The notes beneath the pieces are model-generated. The model worked only from the letters and a program-made list of their open reading frames with translations, had not been told where the DNA came from and did no database searches. 40,151 bases of DNA, from the IMG/VR virus record IMGVR_UViG_3300016476_000266, positions 1 to 40,151 of that record, one strand, 5' to 3'. Below, one piece after another: positions 34,437 through 40,151 of the stretch. This DNA is from a virus. Its lineage: Duplodnaviria > Caudoviricetes. Position 1 is the stretch's first letter. Each line of letters opens with the position of its first letter. The position numbers were made by a program, and so were the translations under genes.

Positions 34437-34870
34437 GAACCTGCTATAAACTTCTTAAATTCGACAGCGTTTCGTATCTGCCAATCACGTGCTTTGATCT
34501 GTCCAAGGATTGACTCCAAAGCTTCAACCATTACTTTTATATATTCAATCTTAACGGAGACCCTATTCAGGTCAGCGTCACCTGTAAGGAACTCGTCCAT
34601 CTCGTTCTTTAGAGGTTTGACACCTTGCCATTGATCCCAGTTGAGATCCTTGAGTTCGTCGCGAGTCATCTCACCACGATAGTAGCGGAACTTCTTTTGA
34701 CGAGTGGTGTTGTACTCCATTTGAAGCGCGGCAATCTTCATCTTGTGTTGAATCAGAAGACGAAGATACTTGGAGTGAAGTTTAGCGGTGTTGATGGACT
34801 CCTTATCAAGATGATCGTCGTTGATCCGGCAGTCTTCATCCCACATATCATGCAGTTGTTCGATGTTCAT
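34433..34870 (-). CDS. uvsY: Recombination mediator
   Basis: W..D..I...L..ES....LHSKYL, YYRG, R.WQIRNA; upstream of uvsW. Confidence 0.9.
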   Translation of the reverse strand: MNIEQLHDMWDEDCRINDDHLDKESINTAKLHSKYLRLLIQHKMKIAALQMEYNTTRQKKFRYYRGEMTRDELKDLNWDQWQGVKPLKNEMDEFLTGDADLNRVSVKIEYIKVMVEALESILGQIKARDWQIRNAVEFKKFIAGS

Positions 34871-34895
34871 AATAATCCAAAGTCAAATAATATCG

Positions 34896-34924
34896 ATTAT
34901 ATCAAATATTAGATTTTATGTAAA
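34896..34924 (-). promoter_or_regulatory. uvsY promoter TTTACA-N17-TATAAT
   Basis: Near-consensus sigma70 with TG-extended -10. Confidence 0.7.
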
Positions 34925-35452
34925 TTTCCAGTGTGAGAATTTAAACGTTGCGTCGCAGGCAAGATAAACTGTGTCGCTGTTATCTGACTGGAGTTGTAGA
35001 GAGGTAATGCTTGTTGGCCATAGGTCTATGAACTGAACTGTCTCTATGGCAACGTTCGAGTTGTTCAGGATTGTAAGTGCTCCATCCGATACTGTCTTGG
35101 CATAGTTACCACGAACACCACGAGTATCTGAGTTTACAAAATTAGAAAAGTCGGTGTTGTTATCTGGGAATCCAAGCGAGTAGATCCAGTTCCACACCTT
35201 CTTATAGTTACCCATGTCTGCATCGATTAGGAATCTAACGTCCAGTGAATCAAACGTTAGAGTGTCACCAGGTGTTGGAACCTGATTAAATCGCGTTGCA
35301 AACGGTGCTTCAGGTAGAGTTAAACCTGGAAGATTTGCTTGGGTACACCAGAATCTTGCTTCTGGAAATTTTTGAATAGACAACATGAATCCACCTGAGG
35401 TAAGTGGATTGATATTCTCTGGGAATGGACAGGTTAGTCTTTCTAGTGACAT
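34916..35452 (-). CDS. gp3: Tail completion / tube terminator protein
   Basis: NPL...F.L.I.KFP...F....NLPG, PGD.L.F..L.V.FL.D..M.NY...WI, D.WP..; follows gp23. Confidence 0.85.
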   Translation of the reverse strand: MSLERLTCPFPENINPLTSGGFMLSIQKFPEARFWCTQANLPGLTLPEAPFATRFNQVPTPGDTLTFDSLDVRFLIDADMGNYKKVWNWIYSLGFPDNNTDFSNFVNSDTRGVRGNYAKTVSDGALTILNNSNVAIETVQFIDLWPTSITSLQLQSDNSDTVYLACDATFKFSHWKFT

Positions 35453-35471
35453 AGTGAGTTCCTTTATCCAG

Positions 35472-35479
35472 TATTTATA
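35472..35479 (-). promoter_or_regulatory. Late promoter TATAAATA for gp3
   Basis: Exact consensus directly after the gp23 terminator. Confidence 0.8.
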
Positions 35480-35480
35480 A

Positions 35481-35507
35481 AACAAAAAGGGGAGCCGAAG
35501 CTCCCCT
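35481..35507 (-). terminator. gp23 intrinsic terminator with cUUCGg tetraloop
   Basis: AGGGGAGC-TTCG-GCTCCCCT-TTTTGTT. Confidence 0.92.
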
Positions 35508-35540
35508 GAAAATGCCTATCTTCGTAGGCTTTATCAAAGA

Positions 35541-36872
35541 TTACATTAGGTTTGTAACCTTAACCTTACGGTAGTAGTAGTTGCTACCAGCGTATAGGCC
35601 ATTGGTACCCTGATCAAGGGTAGTGAATGGGTTAGCAACCATACCATAACGGGTCTTGAAACCAATCTTTGGTTGGAAGGTGTTAGGATCGACAGCGCGA
35701 ACTAACTGTAGAGGAACGTATGGGCAGTAGAACATACCAGCATCGAATGCCGAAGTACCCTTATAACCAACTACGAAGAATTGGGTAGAAGATTGGTTAG
35801 CAGCATATGGATCGATATAAACCTTGTACTTGCCGTTTAGAACACCAGCGAAAGTGGTGCTTGCTTCGTCAACGTTTAGACCAGTTGAAAGAGCAGGAGC
35901 ATAGTCAAGAACACCAGCCATAGCTAAGGCACTTGCAACATCTGACGAGCAGATGATGAAGTTACCACGACCACGACGGGTTTGTTGAGCAATAGCGTTA
36001 GCTTCACGTTCGATTTGGAACATTAAGCCCTTGAACTTTTCAACAGACCAACGACCGTTAGCGTCAACGTCTAAGTCGAAAGTACCAGCAGTTGCGGTAC
36101 CAACTTGAGCACCAGTCTTTGCAGCGATGTAAAGAGTACGAACAACTTCACGGTTGATTTCGCTTAGGATTTCAGTCGAAAGAATGTTCGAAAGTTCGTT
36201 CTCAGCATCAAGACCATGAACGCTCTTTAAGTCTTGTGCAAGTTCAACTGAGTATTCAGCCTTTAGAGCACGAGTCTGAGCGGTAACGCTGGTGCGTTCG
36301 ATCGAGAATGCCATTTCTTGGAAGGTAGAACCAGAACCAAGAGTTTCAGCAGCTGCTGTAGACATACCAACACCAGTGTTAACACCAGTGGTTGGATCAG
36401 CTAATGAAGACTGTGGGTTAGTAGTAGCAGTACCATCACCATCGAATAGAGCGTTGTTAGCACCAGAGTACTCGGTGTCAGCTTCATTGAAGAGAGCTTC
36501 TGTACCACCTTGTGAACCATAACGTGCCTTCATCGCGAAGATTAGACCGGTAGGTTGAGTCATTGGCTGAACACCACAGATGTCATAAGCGATCATCTGT
36601 GGAGCTGCACGACGAACTAGGCTGATAAGAACTGGGTCATAACCAGCAACGTTGTTGGTCATTGCACCAGCACCACCAAGAGCTAGACCTGTACCGCCGC
36701 TGTTTGTAGGAGCGGTTTCGAACAGAGCCTGAGCTTGCTTAGACATTTCACGTTCTTGGTTTTCTAGAAGAACGGCGGTAACTTCCTTACGGTAGTTATC
36801 CTTGATAGATGGCATCGAATCATGTTCTAGAATCGGTGCCCACTTTTTTAATAGATCTTGACGAGTTGTCAT
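35541..36872 (-). CDS. gp23: Major capsid protein
   Basis: KWAPIL, LLENQE, IAYDICGVQPM..PTG, RALKAEYS.ELAQDLK, FQPKIGFKTRYG. Confidence 0.98.
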   Translation of the reverse strand: MTTRQDLLKKWAPILEHDSMPSIKDNYRKEVTAVLLENQEREMSKQAQALFETAPTNSGGTGLALGGAGAMTNNVAGYDPVLISLVRRAAPQMIAYDICGVQPMTQPTGLIFAMKARYGSQGGTEALFNEADTEYSGANNALFDGDGTATTNPQSSLADPTTGVNTGVGMSTAAAETLGSGSTFQEMAFSIERTSVTAQTRALKAEYSVELAQDLKSVHGLDAENELSNILSTEILSEINREVVRTLYIAAKTGAQVGTATAGTFDLDVDANGRWSVEKFKGLMFQIEREANAIAQQTRRGRGNFIICSSDVASALAMAGVLDYAPALSTGLNVDEASTTFAGVLNGKYKVYIDPYAANQSSTQFFVVGYKGTSAFDAGMFYCPYVPLQLVRAVDPNTFQPKIGFKTRYGMVANPFTTLDQGTNGLYAGSNYYYRKVKVTNLM

Positions 36873-36895
36873 TTGGGTTTTCTCCTATTGAAAAA

Positions 36896-37831
36896 TTACT
36901 TTTTAAGCGCTTTAATGTATGCGCTCATTTGAGGTGAATAAACATTTTCCTCAGTTAATTGAACTGGCTCATCGGTAACAACTGAACTTACGTTGCTAGC
37001 AGTTGCCTTTTTACCAAAATAGTTCTCACGGATTGTTTGAAGTTTTGTTGAGAAAGTATCAACATCTTCAAAGCTAAGTTCTTCGGCAAGAGCCTTGAAC
37101 TTTTCTGCGTCGGTATCAGCTAAACCAGCAGTTGCTTCAGAGATAGACTGAACACGCTTGATGTCGTCTAGTTCTCTCTTTAGTGCAACAGCAGCTTCAA
37201 CTGATTCGTTTAGCTTGCTTTCAAGAGACTCGATTGTTTCTTCCATTTCGCCAACAACATCATACTTTTCCTCAGGAATGTCGATGTATGACTCAACGAA
37301 AACGTCCTTCAGACGGGTAATAAAGTTCTCAACGATTTCGGCTTTAATGCCAGATTCAAGGGCTAGTTCATTCTGTTCCATCCACTGCTCGACTACGTAG
37401 TCGAGATATCCATCAACTTTTTCAATAAGACCCTCTTTGATCTCTTCAACTTGTTCATTTAGTTGAAGTTCAAACTGTTCCTCGAGCTTAGCAACTTCTG
37501 CCTTAACACGAGTTACTACTGCTGCTTCGAAAATTGTAGCAGCCTTAGTTTTAAATTCTTCGCTTAATTCCTCACCATTGGTAAGAGCAGCAACGTCTTC
37601 AGAAACATCAACAGTGATGTCTTCCTTTACAGTCGCCTTCTTTTCGCCCTGAGGATTCTTATCAACATTGTTTTTCTTGTTGTTAGGTTCTTCCTCACCT
37701 TTGGTAGGCTTGATTTCTTCTTCAGAAACGATTTCTGTTTCTTCTTCGATAGTTTCCTCAGAAACTACTTCTTCAGCTTGCAACTTTTTAGATTCAGCAA
37801 GCAGTTCTGCAATTTTTTGTTCGATTGACAT
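36896..37831 (-). CDS. gp22: Prohead core scaffolding protein
   Basis: LSEEFK.KA.TIFEAAV, VDGYLDYVVEQW; start at MSIEQK after GGAGA. Confidence 0.93.
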   Translation of the reverse strand: MSIEQKIAELLAESKKLQAEEVVSEETIEEETEIVSEEEIKPTKGEEEPNNKKNNVDKNPQGEKKATVKEDITVDVSEDVAALTNGEELSEEFKTKAATIFEAAVVTRVKAEVAKLEEQFELQLNEQVEEIKEGLIEKVDGYLDYVVEQWMEQNELALESGIKAEIVENFITRLKDVFVESYIDIPEEKYDVVGEMEETIESLESKLNESVEAAVALKRELDDIKRVQSISEATAGLADTDAEKFKALAEELSFEDVDTFSTKLQTIRENYFGKKATASNVSSVVTDEPVQLTEENVYSPQMSAYIKALKK

Positions 37832-37873
37832 CGTGTTCTCCTGTACTGGATGTTCCATAGAATTATTTATCAT

Positions 37874-38527
37874 TTATTTAATTTTAGCCAGAAAATCCTG
37901 GAATGCCTTAATAGACACTTCGTTGATTTGGTTTGTAGAAGCATGTTGAACTAATTTCTTAGCTTCTTCAATATGTCTTTCCACGTATTTTCCATCAACG
38001 AATACCCACTCACGTCCTTCCATAATTCCTTGGACGAAAGCATTTGGCGCACTTGGATCAGCGACGATGTCTGCTGCTGTAGATAACATGAAGTCATCCT
38101 GAACAACCTGTACACCTTCACGGTTAGTCTTAAGACTACCAAGAGCACGACTTGATACACCTAGGTTTGCACCACCATCTAATAGACCCTTAGCAATTTG
38201 ACCCATTGGTGTGTTAAGAATCTTTGCTTTACCAATATAGTTAGTGCCTTCTTTTCTTAAAGAAGTAATCAAGTGAGACACTCTATCTAGATTGATTGTA
38301 GGAGTATCTGGATGACCAAGTTCTCCATACGCACGATTCTTTTCGACATATTCTTTAATGTAACGGTTGACTTCACTATCCATAACTTTCTCTGGATAGA
38401 CTCTACCGTTTCTGTTCTTAATCTCTGATTGTAAGAAGATACCTTCAATGAAGTACTCCTTACCCTTGCCGAGTTTTTCCTCGACGATAATCTTGTTCTG
38501 TTCAAAGACTTCCGTAATTAATCGCAT
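37874..38527 (-). CDS. gp21: Prohead protease
   Basis: IEGIFLQ...NRNGRVYP, GELGHP, GVSSRALGS, DIVADPSAP. Confidence 0.97.
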   Translation of the reverse strand: MRLITEVFEQNKIIVEEKLGKGKEYFIEGIFLQSEIKNRNGRVYPEKVMDSEVNRYIKEYVEKNRAYGELGHPDTPTINLDRVSHLITSLRKEGTNYIGKAKILNTPMGQIAKGLLDGGANLGVSSRALGSLKTNREGVQVVQDDFMLSTAADIVADPSAPNAFVQGIMEGREWVFVDGKYVERHIEEAKKLVQHASTNQINEVSIKAFQDFLAKIK

Positions 38528-38536
38528 GATTAATCC

Positions 38537-39001
38537 TTAAGGTATGTAGTCTGGGCTACCAGGCTTAGTTGTACTTGCACCAACTCTAGTTGGATCATCA
38601 TAGCTTCCGTAGAAACTATCTTCAACCTTAGACTTATAACCAGAAACTTTCTTTAGTCTAAGCCAGCATTCTGTTTGAGCACCTGAAATAGTAACAACAA
38701 TATCCTGTGTAGCATTGATGCTATCAGGTACCATGTCCTGTCCATTCATCATCATCTGATCAGCTGCGTCAGCTTGCAGAGTCATGATAGTAGTACCGTT
38801 GCGAGTAATAGTAGCGATACCACCAGGAGCACCAGTCCACTGCATACCAACGATAGTAACAGTTTGTGTAGCACCATCTAATACTTGAGTAGACGATAAC
38901 AAATCTGTTTGAAGATCAATCGTTTCTGCAGCTGCGGTACCAGCAACCTTTACAACTGCTTCTGTCTCTGTTAGTCTAAGAACTGTTTTTGTGACAGCCA
39001 T
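38537..39001 (-). CDS. Hypothetical virion-associated protein
   Basis: Beta-rich ORF within the head gene cluster; SD present. Confidence 0.65.
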   Translation of the reverse strand: MAVTKTVLRLTETEAVVKVAGTAAAETIDLQTDLLSSTQVLDGATQTVTIVGMQWTGAPGGIATITRNGTTIMTLQADAADQMMMNGQDMVPDSINATQDIVVTISGAQTECWLRLKKVSGYKSKVEDSFYGSYDDPTRVGASTTKPGSPDYIP

Positions 39002-39010
39002 GATAGTTCC

Positions 39011-39553
39011 TTAATTAAGTTCTTTTATAATACGCATGAAGTTCCCTTTGGATTCACGCATATATTCAACGATCTCAGGTTGATTCTGTAATAATTTATT
39101 TATATTCAAATTAGTGTGCTCATCAATAGCAACCACAGAACCATCAGATAAAACGTAGTCTATCTTACCTTCAATGATGTTGTCTACAATACACATTCTG
39201 CGAATCTCCTGAACGACAGGATCAACACTAAAGAGTTTAGAGGAAGCGAGAGTTGTATAGGATTCTATTAGTGTATCGGTAACTTTGATATCGTGATATT
39301 CTCTAATTATATTAGCTATCTTTACGTCTGGTATATCGTTATACAGTTCTCTCGATATTTCTTCTTCTAGTTTTATCTGCGAAATATATTCTCTCGCTTC
39401 TTCCAAACTCTTTAATTGAGTTTCTTCACGGTTGATGAATACTCTACCATCTTCTAAAATGGCAACCATTTCTCCATAGATCTCCTGCTCATCTAGAACA
39501 GGAGACCCATAGATAGAAGTCTTTATCTTTTTCGTGAAGCTGTTAAATCTCAT
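39011..39553 (-). CDS. Hypothetical head-cluster protein (gp68 position)
   Basis: ATGA-coupled to gp67-like; assigned by position only. Confidence 0.6.
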   Translation of the reverse strand: MRFNSFTKKIKTSIYGSPVLDEQEIYGEMVAILEDGRVFINREETQLKSLEEAREYISQIKLEEEISRELYNDIPDVKIANIIREYHDIKVTDTLIESYTTLASSKLFSVDPVVQEIRRMCIVDNIIEGKIDYVLSDGSVVAIDEHTNLNINKLLQNQPEIVEYMRESKGNFMRIIKELN

Positions 39554-39912
39554 TCTTTTTGCTTGCCGTAGTAAGCACCAAGTGCCATCTTCATACGTTC
39601 TTTTTTAGACTTGCCAGCAAACTTTGGGTTATCACTATGAACGAAATCGCTGATCCACTTACCTGCTGGATCACTCTTCTTTAGAACTTCTTCTAGTTGT
39701 TCTTCTGATAGTGACTCAAGGTCTACTGATTCTTCAACCATTTCCTCGGGGGTTTCTTCAACTTGTTCACCCGAGAACATACCCTTAGCTACTTCCATTC
39801 TTTTGTCTTCAATACGAGCAGCGATCTTTTCTGCCATGACTGCGTCAAAATTGTTTTCAATAGCTAGTGCATCTCCACTATGGATAGCATCAATCAAATC
39901 TCTAATACTCAT
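39550..39912 (-). CDS. gp67: Prohead core protein gp67-like with an added C-terminal domain
   Basis: DLIDAI.SGD......F...M..KI...I...R.EVA; directly follows the portal gene. Confidence 0.75.
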   Translation of the reverse strand: MSIRDLIDAIHSGDALAIENNFDAVMAEKIAARIEDKRMEVAKGMFSGEQVEETPEEMVEESVDLESLSEEQLEEVLKKSDPAGKWISDFVHSDNPKFAGKSKKERMKMALGAYYGKQKE

Positions 39913-40151
39913 TTATTATCTCCTTTAGCTTGGGCATCCATGATTGGTGCTTGCTTAGCTAAGTTAAGTTGGCCTTCATGATCAGCAATATCAAGTTCTT
40001 TCTGTCTATCCTCGGCGATATCATCTTCAATCTCTTTGATGTCGTCCTCGGTCTGCATCAGAACATTCTTCTTAACCCATGTTGTTGAGTAGTACTTACC
40101 AACAAACGGATCAAGCTGATTAAGAATGTTGATTCTCTGTTGCATGATTTC
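39909..40151 (-). CDS. gp20: Portal vertex protein, C-terminal part
   Basis: R...L..LDPFVGKYYS..WVKKNVL.QT..DI.E, the gp20 C-terminal motif. Confidence 0.9.
   Translation of the reverse strand, partial: EIMQQRINILNQLDPFVGKYYSTTWVKKNVLMQTEDDIKEIEDDIAEDRQKELDIADHEGQLNLAKQAPIMDAQAKGDNK

Noticed and set aside
35514-35529. Small hairpin GCCTA/TAGGC after gp23
   Set aside because: Only 5 bp and next to a clear terminator; not enough to call a separate element.
558-37949. Numerous plus-strand ORFs in the track, including 24085-24921 (278 aa) and 27126-28013 (295 aa)
   Set aside because: They are antisense shadows of well-supported minus-strand genes, with no recognisable motifs.
1-40151. tRNA genes, CRISPR arrays, IS elements
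   Set aside because: No cloverleaf, repeat-spacer array or transposase was seen in the short intergenic gaps or ORFs.

Overview
A 40-kb segment of a large T4-like (non-T-even, cyanophage/Cr30-style gene order) myovirus genome. Essentially all real genes lie on the minus strand. In transcription order (right to left): head module (gp20 end, gp67-like, gp21, gp22, gp23) followed directly by gp3, uvsY, uvsW, gp55, gp47, HNH endonuclease, gp46, a peptidase-VWA/MoxR-AAA pair, gp45, GIY-YIG endonuclease, gp44, gp62, regA, a rubrerythrin-rubredoxin-Hsp20 stress cluster with two structured leaders, gp43, 2OG-Fe(II) oxygenase, thioredoxin, uvsX, gp41, MazG-like and primase-like genes. Next comes a promoter- and terminator-bounded cytosine hypermodification operon: PD-(D/E)XK nuclease, homing endonuclease, DUF1599-like, dCMP hydroxymethylase, dCMP deaminase, alpha-glucosyltransferase, and a C5-methyltransferase-fold enzyme with an intact catalytic core but a remodelled SAM site. 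The window ends in a late operon (nuclease, ligase-like protein, HxGH nucleotidyltransferase polyprotein, Dps), several of whose products start with T4 capsid-targeting-like peptides. All family calls come from motif recognition by eye; no database searches were run.
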